From Pristiophorus japonicus (lineage: Eukaryota): 64,000 nt of DNA. Below, piece after piece: positions 1 to 12,245 of this stretch; the first letter of the stretch is position 1; each line of letters opens with the position of its first letter. A program made the position numbers and the translations under genes. The stretch lies in contig NC_091990.1 of the NCBI RefSeq assembly GCF_044704955.1, positions 26,846,001 through 26,910,000 of the forward strand. The letters are read 5' to 3'. Below the pieces are notes generated by a model that ran no database searches, had not been told where the DNA came from, and worked only from the letters and a program-made list of their open reading frames with translations.

Positions 1-171
1 TCCCCGCAGCCCCCTGCTGATCATCAGAGGAGACGGGTTTTTCGGCCTTCGGGTGGGTGCCATGGCTGGCAGTGGGACCCCACCCCCGACGGTTGCCTCT
101 GGGAACATCCGTGTGCGTTGGCCCTCATTCATCATGGAACTTCTCCCCCGAAGCAAGAAAATGCTACTTAC

Positions 172-626
172 GTCGTCCGAATGAGACTCCTCTCCCTCCG
201 CTTCCTCATCCTGGACTCTCCTCTTTCGAGACTTTGTGTGTCCTGCCCCTTGCTCCTCTGTTCCCAACTGCAGCACGGGAGCGGGCGAGTCTCCCTGTGG
301 GGTCTCTCCTCCTGCAGCTGTATCAACCGCTCCTTTCCTGCACACAGGGACCGAGCCCCAGTACTGGAATGGAACATTACCATAACGCCTGCCAGAGCTG
401 GTCTTGGGGAACTTCAGGCCGAGCTTGGTGATGATGCGGGGAGGCAGGCGGCAGGCTTGGATCAGTTCCAGGAAGACTCTCAGTGGCGTTCCCACATTCC
501 CGTTGGGCATCAGTGACGGGGGGTTTAACTCTGGCAATCTGGACAGGTCCTCGAGTGTGAAAGTTTCGCTCGGAGCTCCCTGACTCCGAAGCTCCTTTCT
601 CGTTTTGTATGAGAAGAGGTTAGAAT
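172..626 (-). CDS. GPATCH3: G-patch domain-containing protein 3, coding exon 2 (gene continues beyond the left window edge)
   Basis: Translated by hand (absent from the ORF track): DSNLFSYKTRKELRSQ...FTLEDLSRLPELNPPSLMPNGNVGTPLRVFLELIQACRLPPRIITKLGLKFPKTSSGRRYGNVPFQY...EESHSDD. This matches vertebrate GPATCH3 as I recall it. Acceptor is caacag|AT (phase 1, matching exon 1) and donor is GAC|gtaagt at 171. Confidence 0.95.
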
Positions 627-842
627 CTGTTGATCAAAAAGCACCATCAATAAACAAGGTCCTCTGTCCAAAGAGGAACAGCATCAAAACACACATGCAC
701 CCTCCAACCCCATGCATTTCGACCGCAAACACATACCCCCAACCCCACACCAATTTAACCACCAAATGCTGCTGTGAAACAGTTAGATGTGCCTGTCCTC
801 CCAACACATGGATTCCATCCCAGAAGCAAGCACTATTATACT

Positions 843-1130
843 CATCATAGGCAGTCCCTCAAAGCGAGGATGACTTGCTTCCACGCCAAAAAGGGATGAG
901 TTCACAGGAGTTTCAATGAAGGACCTAATATTCCAGATCCCGAACTACATCTTGAAGGGTGGAAGATGCCTGTATGTGGATTTTTTTTAACGGTGGTAGC
1001 TGGTGCACTCCAGCCACCACACGGGCTTGACAGAGCTAGGTCTTGGTCCAGTGGCAAGGATTACCCAAGACGACTGGAGACCAGCTCTGCTGCACGGACC
1101 AAGCGCACACACATACAGCAGTGTGGGCTA
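843..1130 (-). mobile_element. Short non-autonomous element/SINE with an RTE-LINE-type 3' tail
   Basis: Its (CAT)n-aggcagtccctc..gaggatgacttgcttcca tail matches the adjacent RTE 3' end. The same body recurs at ~9763-10260 (-) and ~45240-45552 (+). Confidence 0.65.
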
Positions 1131-1143
1131 TACAGTGCTATAC

Positions 1144-2555
1144 TCATCATCATCATCATAGGCAGTCCCTCGGAATCGAGGAAGACTTGCTTCCACTCCT
1201 AAAGTGAGTCCCTTGGTGGCTGAACAGTCCAATGCGAGAGCCACAGACCCTGTCACAGGTGGGACAGACATTCGTTGGGGGAAGGGGGGTTGGGACTGAT
1301 TTGCCACACACTCCTTCCGCTGCCTGTGCCTGACCTCTTCACGCTCGCGGCATTGAGATTCGAAGAGCTCAACACCCTCCCGGATGCACTTTCTCCACCT
1401 AGGGCGGTCTTCAGCCAGGGAGTCCCAGGTGTCAGTGATGATGTTGCATTTTACCAGGGAGGCTTTGAGAGTGTCCTTGTAATGTTTCCGCTGCCCACCT
1501 TTGGCTCGTTTGCCATGAAGGAGCTCCGCATAGAGCAATTGCTTAGGGAGCCTCTTGTCTGGCATTCGAACTATGTGGCTTGCCCAGCGAATCGGATCCG
1601 AGTGTGGTCAGTGCTTCAATGCTGGGGATATTAGCCTGGACGAGGACACTAATGTTGGTGCGCCTGTCCTCCCAGAGGATTTGCAGGATCTTGCAGAGAC
1701 ATCGTTGGTGATATATCTCCAGCAACTTGAGGTGTCGTCTGTACATCGTCCATGCCTCTGATCCATACAGGATCACCTCAGGTGAAACCCCAACGCTGTA
1801 CGAGGTAGGCAAAACCATTAAACAAGGTTACGGGTGCGGATGGAATTCCTGCTGAAGCGCTAAAGTATGGCAGAGAGGCGCTGTTGGCGCGTATATATGA
1901 CCTCATCTCTCTCATTTGGAGGGAGGAGAGCATGCCGGGAGATCTCAGAGATGCAGTGATCATGACCTTCTTTAAAAAGGGGGACAAGTCCGACTGCGGC
2001 AACTACAGGGGAATCTCCCTGCTATCAGCGACTGGGAAGGTTGTCGCTAGAGTTCTCCTCAACCGTCTTCTCCCTGAGGCTGAGGAGTTCCTCCCGGAAT
2101 CACAGTGCGGATTTCGTCCCCTACAGGGCACAACGGACATGATCTTTGCAGCGCGACAGCTGCAGGAAAAATGCAGGGAGTAGCGCCAGCCCTTATACAT
2201 GGTCTTTTTCGATCTGACAAAGGCTTTTGACACTGTCAACCATGAGGGTCTATGGAACATCCTCCTCTGTTTCGGATGCCCCCAAAAGTTTGTCAACATC
2301 CTTCACCTGCTCCACGACAACATGCAGGCCATGAACATTCCCAGCGGTTCCATTACAGACCCAATCCATGTCCGGACCGGGGTCAAACAGGGCTGCGTCA
2401 TCGCTCCAACCCTCTTCTCAATCTACCCAGCTGCCATACTCCACCTCACAATCAACAAGCTCCCCGCTGGAGTGGAACTAAACTACAGAACCAGTGGGAA
2501 GCTGTTTAAACTACGCCGCCTCCAGGCCAGGTCCAAGAACACCCCAACCTCTTTC
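1144..2555. mobile_element. RTE-clade LINE, truncated and 5'-inverted (1144-1778 minus, 1779-2555 plus)
   Basis: The minus segment encodes the RTE C-terminus (LYGSEAW..MPDKRLPKQLLYAEL..GKRAKGGQRK..WDSLAEDRPRWRK) and has a (CAT)n tail. The plus segment encodes RT (GADGIPAE..DCGNYRGISLLS..PESQCGFR..FFDLTKAFDTV..GVKQGCVIAPTLF) with stops. Confidence 0.9.
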
Positions 2556-3013
2556 GCTATACATAGGGCAGTGATCGGCTGGTTTAGGACAAGCATGGGG
2601 TTTAAAGTTCTGCCGACTAAGCTCCAAGATTTCACACCAACAACAGTAATACAACAGTCCAGGGCGCTTCACAGGAGCGATATCAGACAAAACTTGACAC
2701 CAAGACACGTAAGGTGATACTGGGACAGGTGGCCAAAAGCTTGGTCTCGAGGTAGGTTTTAAGGAGGATCTTATGAAGGAGAGGGGGGATGGGGACTGTA
2801 GACAATGGCTTCGTTCTGAGCCTCAATTTTAAAATTCTCACCCTTGTTTTCAATCCCCCCACAGCCTCGCTCCTCCCTTTCTCTGTAACTTGCTCCAGGT
2901 CTACAACCCTCAGCAATATCTGCACTCCTCCAATTCATGTCTGATAACGCTCCAGTGTATCGCCTTGGCATGTTTTACTACGTTATAAATGCAAGTAGTT
3001 GCCCGGCCCTCAC

Positions 3014-3350
3014 CTGCCATCTCTCCCGCTCTGACGATGCGAATGAAGCAACGACTCTGCAGCCAGTCCCCGGCCCTGTCCACCCACTGGCTGCCGTCAT
3101 ACATCATCAGAAAGCGGGAAGCCCGGTCCGCGGGGAGCCGCATCACGCAACAACAGGTCGGGCTGCGGCCTTGGTCTGGTTCTGGGCCTGAGTCCGGGCC
3201 TGGCCGCCACCGCTCGGGCCGGTGCCGGTAATGGAAGCAGCTGAAGCCGCCGCTCTCGGTGAACTGCGAGAACATGTCCCGGAGGTCGGCGGAACGGAGC
3301 CCGCGCGGAATGTTCCCCACAACGGCGTAAACACAGGCCGCGGCCGCCAT
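3014..3350 (-). CDS. GPATCH3: G-patch domain-containing protein 3, coding exon 1
   Basis: ATG at 3350 in context ACAATGG. MAAAACVYAVVGNIPRGLRSADLRDMFSQF..GGFSCFHYRHRPE..TCCCV..RFLMMYDG..W..RCFIR matches the GPATCH3 N-terminus. Donor G|gtgag at 3013; CpG-rich. An in-frame upstream ATG at 3380 is a possible alternative start. Confidence 0.93.
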
Positions 3351-3369
3351 TGTACAGACAGGCAACGGG

Positions 3370-3420
3370 CTGCCACGCATGCGTATGGAGCTGTTGGGAT
3401 GAAAGTCGCCATTTTTAATA
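3370..3420 (-). promoter_or_regulatory. GPATCH3 proximal promoter/5'UTR with YY1 motif and NRF1-like palindrome
   Basis: Minus strand reads AAAAATGGCGAC (~3406-3417, YY1-type), with ACGCATGCGT (~3375-3384) just upstream of the start codon. Confidence 0.5.
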
Positions 3421-4385
3421 CTGGCAACGTGTCCAAAAAGGAGTTTTGTGTCCTTGTGACATTGAACTGTAACTGGTGACCCCGCTGAGCACCAATTCAG
3501 CCACCAACATCTTCATTTCCATCAATGCATAGGACAGGAGGAGCAGGTATTGGTGACCAGGATAGAGAAGCGTTACATAGAATTTACAGCACAGAAACAG
3601 GCCATTTGGCTCATCAGGTCTGTGGCAGTGCTTATGCTCCACACGAGCCTCCTCCCACCCTTTTACATCTCACTCTATTGGGGACAAGTAGCAGAATGAT
3701 AGCGAGTTGGCTAAAAAAACAGAAAATAGAGTCATGGTTAAAGATTCACCAGAAATTATACCAGGACTAAAAGGGTTAAAATTGAGGGGTTTGATAGAGC
3801 AAGTAGGGAGAAACAAGTAAGGAGCGTACGACAAACCAAGCACCCCACCCACCCGTCCCTTCAACTACAACCTGCCCCACCTGTGACAAAGTCTGTAGAT
3901 CCTGCATTGGACTTATCAGCTACCTTAGAACACATGTTCGTGTGGAAGCAAGTCACCCTCGACTCCGAGGGATTGCCTAAGAAGAAGAGGGAGAAATGAT
4001 TTCATTTGGCAAGTGGGCTGGCAACCAGAAGTCATAGATTTAAAATAATTGGTAAAAGAACTAGAGGAGAAATTAGGACAAATTTCTTCACACACGGATC
4101 AGTGCTGTGACCACTCATCCTAGTTTTCAAATCCCTCCATGGCTCTTCCCCCCCAGCCCCCTCCCTATCTATGTAACCTCCTACAACCTTATGAGATCTC
4201 TGCCCCGATTTTAATCGCTCCACTATTGGCAGCCGTGCCTTCAGCTGCCTAGGCCCTAGGCGCTAGAATTCCCTCCCTAAACCTCGCTGCCTCTCCTTTA
4301 AAATGCTCCTTAAAACCTACCTCTTTTACCAAGCTGTCCTAATATCTCCTTATGTGGCTCGGGGTCAAATTTTGTTTGATAATGC

Positions 4386-5755
4386 TCAATCAAGTTAGTC
4401 AGACACAACCTTCCCTTAACAAATCCGTGCTGACTGTCCTTGATTAATCCATGTCTTTCTAAAGGAAGATGTATCCTTTCCTTCAGAATTTTTTCCAATA
4501 ATTTTCCCACCACCAAGGTTAGGCTGACTGGCCTGTAATTACTCAGTCTATCCCTTTCTCCCTTCTTAAACAAAGGTACCACATTAGCAGTCCTCTGGCA
4601 CTACACCTGAAGCCAGAGAGGATTGGAAAATGATGGTCAAAGCCTCTGCTATTTCCTCTTTTGTTTCGCTTAACAGCCTGAGATACATTTCATCTGGGCC
4701 TAGGGACTTATCCACTTTCAAAGCTGCTAAATTCCTTAATACCTCCTCTCTCACTATGTTTATTTCATCTAATATTTCACACTCCTCCTCCCCGATAGCA
4801 GCGTCTGCATCGCCCTTCTCCTTTGTGAAAACAGTTGCAAAGTATTCATTAAGAACCATACCCACATCTCCCGCCTCCACACACAGATTACCCTCATGGT
4901 CTCTAATAGACCCTACCCTTTCTTTAGTTATACTCTTGCTCTTAATATATTTATAAAACATCTTTTGGTTTTCCTTGATTTTACTTGCCAATATTTTTCA
5001 TGCTCTCCCTTTGCTTTCCTAATATCCTTTTTAATTTCACCCCTGCACTTTCTATACACCTCCAGAAATTCTGCAGTATTTAGCCCTCGGTATCTGTCAT
5101 AAGCCTCCCTTTTTTTCTTTATCCTACCCTGTATGTCCCTAGACATCTAGGGGGCTCTAGATTTGTTAGTCCCACCCTTTTTCTTTAAGGGCACATATTT
5201 GGTCTGAACCCTCCGGATCTCCTCCTTGAATGCCTCCCACTGCTCTGATACTGATTTACTTTCAAGTAGCTATTTCCAGTCCACTATGGCTAAATCACCT
5301 CTCAGCTTAGCAAAGTTGGCTTTTCTCCAATTTAGAACTTTTATCCCTGGTCTATCCTTGTCCTTTTCCATAACTACCTTAAATCTAACTGAATTATGGT
5401 CATTAGTACCTAAATGCTCTCCCACTGATACCCCTTCCACCTGCCCAGCTTCATTTCCTAAAAGTAAATCTAGAACCATCCTCTTCCGTGTTGGGCTTGC
5501 TACATACTGGCTAAAAAAGTTCTCCTGAATGCCCTTCACACTAATTTTATCCCAGTTAATATTAGGATAGTTCAAATCCCCTATTATTACCGCCCTATAG
5601 TTTTTGCACTTCTCAGAAATTTGCTCTTCTATCTTACTCTCACTGATTTGGGGTCTATAGTACAGTCCCAGCAGCGTGTTTGCCCCTTTTTTGTTTTTCA
5701 GTTCGGCCCATATGGCCTCGTTTGATGATCCCTCTAACATATCATCCCTCCTCAG
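4386..5755 (-). mobile_element. CR1 LINE ORF2 fragment (endonuclease end to RT start), decayed
   Basis: ORF pieces LGLYYRP..IIGDLNYPNINW..LDLLL, KMFYKYIKSK..KSLGPDEMY, and VPLFKKGERD..NYRPVSLT..SQHGFVKGR. Confidence 0.88.
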
Positions 5756-6540
5756 TGGTGCCATGGACATGGCTCAGAGGGACCATTGCCCCACCAGTAC
5801 TCAAGATATAATACTAGTTGGAGAGCGAGATGCCCTCCAGGGCCTCCTGCGCTACCTGCCTGGTCTTCTTCTATTTGGTGGTCACCCACTTGCTCTCTGT
5901 CCGTGCTCTCTTAGGCACCTCTCTAGCATCCGCAGTCTCCACAGATGCTGCCTGACCGCTGAGATTTCCAGCATTTTCTGTTTTTATTCCTCTCTCAACG
6001 TGCTATCCACGTAGTTCTCAGCCTCGCGGATGCACCATAGTTCTGCAAACTTATTAATATATTTCTGTATTTTGTTGCAGTCCTTCTCAGTATGAACTTC
6101 AACTCCCAATTTGGTGAAGTTTGCACATTTTGAAATTGTACTTCCGATTCCCGAGGCTGTTTTCTGTACAAAGTACCAGATAAAGTACCTGAAACATACT
6201 GTGAGTCCTGCTCCACCATCTGACCTCCTCTGATAATAAGTATCCTGGCAACCTCGGTACTTGGCTGTGTTGGTGCAAGTCCACAGGCTTGTATGTTACG
6301 CTCTGTGAACGTGAAGTTCTCTACATTTTTATCTAACCCCTGTACGGCTGGGGCAGGAGAGCAGCCTGCACTGTCCACATTCAATCAGTAGGGAGCAGCG
6401 ACAGTCAACCTTCACAACTCTTGAGTCACACAGAAAGAAGTTTCAACTTCAGGGAAATGTGTCTCAAAACCTTTTGAAATTTCTGGACCCAAACTTTCTG
6501 CATACGAGAATTGCAGCAAAGCCTGTTATTCTCAGTCTGT

Positions 6541-9500
6541 CACAGTATCGGCAACAGCTTACATTTATACAGCAACTTTAATGTAGCCAAATGTCCCATA
6601 TGTGCTTCACAGTCAGGGGTTAGACCCAGGCAGGAAGGAGCGCAGGAAACCGGCTGGATGGTCCTAGAATAGATTATAAGGAGGCTTTTGAAGGTGAGAA
6701 TTAGAAAATGGGGGGTGGGGGTAATAGGGGGGAGATTTGCAGAAGGGTAATTGGGGAGAGTTACAGAGTGTGGGGGAGGGGGGATTGAGGAGAGAGTTGC
6801 AGGGAGGGGGAATTGGGGAGAAAGTTGCCGAGAGGGAGAGGGGAAATTGGGGAGAGTTGCAGAGGGTGGAGTCCAGGTGTCTGATGGCTCTGCACAGTAG
6901 AGTGGAGGTTGTGAGCAGGGAGATAAGGCTGGCGAAAGGGGGTTGCAGATATTGAGAGCAGCAAGGATGTAGAGGTATTTGTAGATGAATAACAGGGTTT
7001 TGAAGTCCATAGGCTGAAAGATGGGAATCCTTTGAACATCAGTGAGGATCAGGATGATGGGTGAGCGGGATTTTCTGTGAGACAGTTGAGTTCTGGAACG
7101 GGTTGGAGTTTTAAGTTGGTGGATCTTGAGAGGCCGATGAGCAGAGCGCAGGAAGAGTTGATTGAGACTGGTGGTGACAACGGGATGGCTGAGGGTTTTA
7201 CTGGCACTGAATGAGAGATGGACGGGGGATAATGTGGAGGTGACGTACCGTATGTGGGAAAGGAAACACTGCTCAGGGGCACGCCAGACCCCAAGATTCA
7301 CAACATTGTGTTTACCCACGGAGGGGATGAAATCGAGGGTTAATGTGTGGAATTTCTGGCGAGGCCCGAACATGGGGGGCTTCATTCTCGCCAGTGGTCC
7401 ACAACAGAATTTTCAGGTTCATTTACAACTCAATATCGGACAATCAAGCAGATAAAACTGTAATACTGTGCAAGGCTGGTTATGGAGAGCTGTTGTTGTC
7501 AGTGTAATGTGGAGACTGATCCTGGGACCATTTCACCAAGGGCCAACATATAAACAAGCAATGGGTTACAGGCCACCAGATGGCAGTCCAGTCCCGCTAA
7601 ATCTAACAACCCTATGAATGCTCTCAACAACAACAACTTATATAACGCCTTTAACATAGAAAAATGTCTCAAGGTGCTTCAAAGGAGACAAAAATTATCA
7701 CTGAGCCATAGAAGGAGATATTAGATAGGCTAACTAAAAGCTTGGTCAAAGAGATAGGTTTTAAGGGGATCTTAAAGTAGGAGAGTGAAGAGGTTTAGGG
7801 GAAATTCCAGTGCTTGGAGCTTAGACGACTGAAGGCATGGCCATCAATGGTGGGGTGAAGAAACTGAGGGTTTCACCAGAGTTGAAGGAACGCAGAGATC
7901 TATGAGGGTTGTAGTTGGAAGGTTGTAGGTGGAGGATTGGAGAAGGTTACAGAGATAGGGAGGGGGCGAGGCCATGGAGGGCTTTGAACACAAGGATGAG
8001 AATTGTAACTAGGAGGCGTTGCTGTACCAGGAGCCAATGTCAGTCAGCGAGCTCATGGTTGATGAGTGACTGGGGCTTGATGCGAGTTAGAATACCGGCA
8101 GCAAAGTTTTAGATCAGTTGAAGTTTATGGAGGGTGGGAGGCTGACCAGGAGAGCATTGGAATAGTCAAGTCTGAAGGTGACAAAGGCATAGACCAGCAT
8201 TTCAGCAGCAGATGGGCTGAGAGAGGTGCGGAGATGGGCGATGTTACAGAGGTGGAAGTAAGTGGTCTTTATGATGGAGAGGATATGGGTCGGAAGCACA
8301 GTTCAGGGCCAAAAAGGAGCCGAGGTTGCTAACAGTCTCATTCAGCCTGAATAAGTGGCCAGGGAGAGGGCTGGAGTTGGTGGCGAGGGAACGGAGTTTG
8401 TGGTGGGGACTGAAGTCAATGGCTTTGGTCTTCCCAATGTTTAACTGGAGGAAATAGTGGGCAATCCCAGTTTTGATATTGGATAAGCAGTCCGACAAAT
8501 CAGAGGCAGTGGAGGGGTTGAGGTAGAATTGAGTGTTGTCAACATACATGTGGAACCTGACTCCATGTCAGCAGTGTTGTCACCAAGGGGCAGCATGTAG
8601 ATGAAGAGGAGGGGGTCTCGGTTAGATCCTTGGGGAACTCCATAGGTAATGGTATGGGAGTGGGAAGAGAAGCCGTTGCAGGAGATGCTCTGATTATGAT
8701 CGGATAGGTAAGAGTGGAACTAGGCAAGATCTATCCCATTGAGCTAGACAAACAGAGGCATTGGAGGAGGATTGTGGGCAACCATGTCAAAGGTTGCAAA
8801 GAGGTCAAGGACACCGAGGAGGAATAATGCATTTCAGTCACAGTCACTGAAGATGTTCGGACTGTTTTCGTTCTGTGTCAGGATTTGGAAATGAGATTAA
8901 AGAGATTCAAATAGAGATGCGGAAAAAACGGGAAGAAACTTCGGAGAGGAAAGGGAGATTGGAGATGGAGAGGTAGTTTGCAAGGAGAGAGGTGTCGAAG
9001 GTGGGTTTTCTGAGGCGAATGATGATGGCGATGATGATGCAGAGAGGGAACCATTTACATGCAGCATGGGTGCCAGGAAGGGAAGATGGTCAACACTTGG
9101 TAGGAATGGGGTCAAGGGACAGGAGGTGGGTCTCATGGATAAACTTGGAGAGGGCATGAGGGGAGATAGGAGACGAATGTGAGATAGACATGGATTCTGA
9201 GCTTGGGCAGAGGGAGCCTGGGGTGGCAAGAAGAGGGGAGGGGTGCAGAAGAGGCAGCTGAATGGATGGTCTTAATCTTAGTGAAAAGAAGCCCATGAGA
9301 TCATCACACGTTGTTGGAGATGAGGGTGGAGGGGGCAGAGGAAGGGGTTTAAGGAGAAGGTTCGTAATGGTGAACTTACACGATCTTTGGAGTAGTGAGT
9401 GTGTTTGGTGAGCAGAATGAGGCCAGATAGTGCTTGATGTGCATCGTGGAGAATACAATGAGATGACCTTGTCTGTGATTGAGACCAAGGGGTAGAGAGG

Positions 9501-9760
9501 CCACGTGAAATGGCAATGTCAAGGGGTGGCTGTGAATATGGTAGAAGAGTTTATATGGAAGGAGAGGTTTAGGAAGAACAGGAGGGTGGTGAAATCAGAG
9601 GAGATATTAGGCAAGGGAAGCTGAGATGGAGATTGAAATAACCAAGAATGAGGAGTTTCTCAGTGCAGAGGCTAAAAGAGGTAAGGAGTGATCTTAGTGA
9701 GAAATTTAGGATGGGACGTTAGAAAATGATGATTTTAAGGGACAGGCGAGAGGGGTGGAA
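6541..9760 (-). mobile_element. Degraded L2-clade LINE fragments (at least two copies)
   Basis: MYVDNTQFYL (YADD region), LQLNIGKTKAI and AFVTFRLDYSNALL motifs. L2-type 3' tails at ~6550 and ~7630. Boundaries are approximate. Confidence 0.7.
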
Positions 9761-9762
9761 CA

Positions 9763-10260
9763 CATCATCATCATCATCATAGGCGGTCCCTCGAAACGAG
9801 GATGACTTGCTTCCATGCCAAAAAAAGGATGAGTTCACAGGTGTTTCAATGAAGGACCCGAACTACATCCTGAAGGGTGGAAGATGCCTGTGCGTGGATT
9901 TTTTTAATGAGTGGTGGCCGTTGCACACCAGCCACCACACGGGCTTGACAGAGCTAGGTCTTGGTCCTGTGGCAAGGGTTACCCAAGATGACTGGAGACC
10001 AGCTCTGCTGCACGGACCTAGTGCGCACACGTATTGCAGTGTGGGCTGGTCTGTGCTTCCCCTGGGCCCCTGGCCCCGAACTCACGCCTCCCCTGGGCCC
10101 CAATCACATCCCTCTACAGTCTCTCGCTGCCGTCGCCCTCCCACACCAGCTCACGCTGCTCCTTGGAGTAGTATGCCTCCACGCTGCTCCTGGGGCCTCC
10201 ACGCTGCTCCTTTTATGCCCCGACCTGCCGTTGGTGTTCTCACGCAGGTTGGGGCCTCCA
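9763..10260 (-). mobile_element. Second copy of the RTE-tailed SINE-like element
   Basis: (CAT)n tail and a body that matches 843-1130. Confidence 0.65.
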
Positions 10261-11040
10261 CTCAGTGGAATCGATGGAACACAGTTAGCTGCTCAAAGGA
10301 GGAGAAGGTACCAGAGGAGTAGGGAGAGACCAAGGTGTGTTTGGGTGATGAGTCACACCGCCACTGTGGCAGTTTGGTTGGAGCAGCAGTGGAAAGTACA
10401 CATAGGCGGGAGGCTTCAGTAGGGGCAAGGTGTCCAAACATCAGCCAGGTTTCAGTCACACTGTGTACTGTATCCGGGGTACTCAGGTACAGTGCACTCA
10501 GTGTACACCCTATGTACCGGTGATCAGTGTACTCCAGGTACAGTACACACTAGCTCTGTTTATTTCATGTTGGACATTTACAACCAGCAGAGAAAGGAGA
10601 TCAGCCCATGAGAAATGTTTGGACCTTATCCCAAATTCCAGGGAGGAATACATTGAGTTCAATTCCACTGCACTACTCAATCGCCATCTCTCTTCGCTTT
10701 GTGGGGTCAGAGATGGGAAATAGCATCTTTAATTCCTGACACCGGATAGGCAGAACAGGCTCGAGGGGCTGAATGGCCTACTCCTGTTCCTATGTACCCA
10801 GTCTCCCACAGGCAGATGGATATATTCCGGGAGGAATTAAACGGCCACCCACCGGACCCTAATGGCACATCCTGAAATATTCATGGTGTAAATCAGCAGT
10901 GACAGGCCATTGATATCGACCTGAATTGTTATTGTTGAATTAAATATCTACTTTTAAACCTGAGGGTTTCATTGAATTGAAAATACGCAGTAAAGCTGTC
11001 TGCAATAAAGTGTTGAGTCTTTCAAAATATGTAAAATAAT

Positions 11041-11046
11041 TTTATT
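11041..11046 (-). terminator. Probable NR0B2 polyadenylation signal
   Basis: AATAAA on the minus strand in AT-rich sequence; the first such hexamer I found downstream of the stop at 12004. Confidence 0.7.
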
Positions 11047-11097
11047 CATGATAAAAAAAATAACTTAATAGAAAACAATGTGTTGAAAGAGGAGCAA

Positions 11098-11975
11098 GGT
11101 GTGGGTGGGCAGGTGATGTGGGTGGGCAGCGAGTGGGCAGGTGATGTGGGTGGGCAGCGAGTGGGCAGGTGATGTGGGTGGGCAGCGAGTGGGCAGGTGA
11201 TGAGGGTGGGCAGGTGATGTGGGTGGGCAGCGAGTGGGCAGATGATGTGGGTAGGCAGCGAGTGGGCAGGTGATGTGGGTGGGCAGCGAGTGGGCAGGTG
11301 ATGTGGGTGGGCAGCAAGTGGGCAGGTGATGTGGGTGGGCAGCGAGTGGGCAGGTAATGTGGGTGGGCAGCGAGTGGGCAGGTGATGAGGGTGGGCAGGT
11401 GATGTGGGTGGGCAGCAAGTGGGCAGGTGATGTGGGTGGGCAGCGAGTGGGCAGGTGATGTGGGTGGGCAGCGAGTGGGCAGGTGATGTGGGTGGGCAGC
11501 GAGTGGGCAGGTGATGTGGGTGGGCAGCGAGTGGGCAGGTAATGTGGGTGGGCAGCGAGTGGGCAGGTGATGAGGGTGGGCAGGTGATGTGGGTGGGCAG
11601 CGAGTGGGCAGATGATGTGGGTAGGCAGCGAGTGGGCAGGTGATGTGGGTGGGCAGCGAGTGGGCAGGTGATGTGGGTGGGCAGCGAGTGGGCAGGTGAT
11701 GTGGGTGGGCAGGTGATGAGGGTGGGCAGCGAATGGGCAGGTGATGTGGGTGGGCAGCGAGTGGGCAGGTGATGAGGATGGGCAGCAAGTGGGCAGGTGA
11801 TGAGGGTGGGCAGCGAGTGGGCAGATGATGTGGGTGGGCAGCAAGTGGGCAGGTGATGTGGGTGGGCAGCGAGTGGGCAGGTGATGAGGGTGGGCAGCGA
11901 GTGGGCAGGTGATGAGGGTGGGCAGCGAGTGGGCAGGTGATGAGGGTGGGCAGCGAGGTGTGAGTGGGCAGGCGA
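11098..11975. repeat. 28-bp minisatellite (gtgggtgggcagcgagtgggcaggtgat)n in the NR0B2 3'UTR
   Basis: About 30 visible tandem units with interspersed 17-bp partial units, lying between the stop codon and the poly(A) signal. Confidence 0.95.
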
Positions 11976-12003
11976 TGTGCAGTCCGGCACATCAGCCTGC
12001 TCC

Positions 12004-12245
12004 TCACTGGGTATAGAGCATCTCCAGCAGAAGCTCCTTCATATCTGCTGCTCCGATTACTGGCCTGAAGAAGAGTTCGGTGATGAGACCTGTGCTGATG
12101 GTTTTCAGCGCGGAGATGGTGAGTAACACACGGGCAAAGCGGCCGCTGTCCCTGGCAGGCAGAGGTACCAGCACCTCACGCAGTGCGCGCTGCGCTTCCT
12201 GCTGGAGGTTCTCAATGTAGGCAGGAGCTTGGAGTCCAGGCAGGT
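12004..12245 (-). CDS. NR0B2: Small heterodimer partner (SHP) nuclear receptor, coding exon 2
   Basis: Acceptor ttttgcag|AC. DLPGLQAPAYIENLQQEAQRAL..GRFARVLLTISALK..ITELFFRPVIGAADMKELLLEMLYTQ* covers the NR0B LBD helices 9-12. Confidence 0.95.

Noticed and set aside
57-516. Plus-strand ORFs of 124 and 132 aa
   Set aside because: They are antisense shadows of GPATCH3 exon 2.
11042-12007. His/Pro/Cys-rich ORFs of 259-321 aa overlapping the NR0B2 stop
   Set aside because: All three minus frames are open because the 28-bp unit lacks stops; this is 3'UTR repeat.
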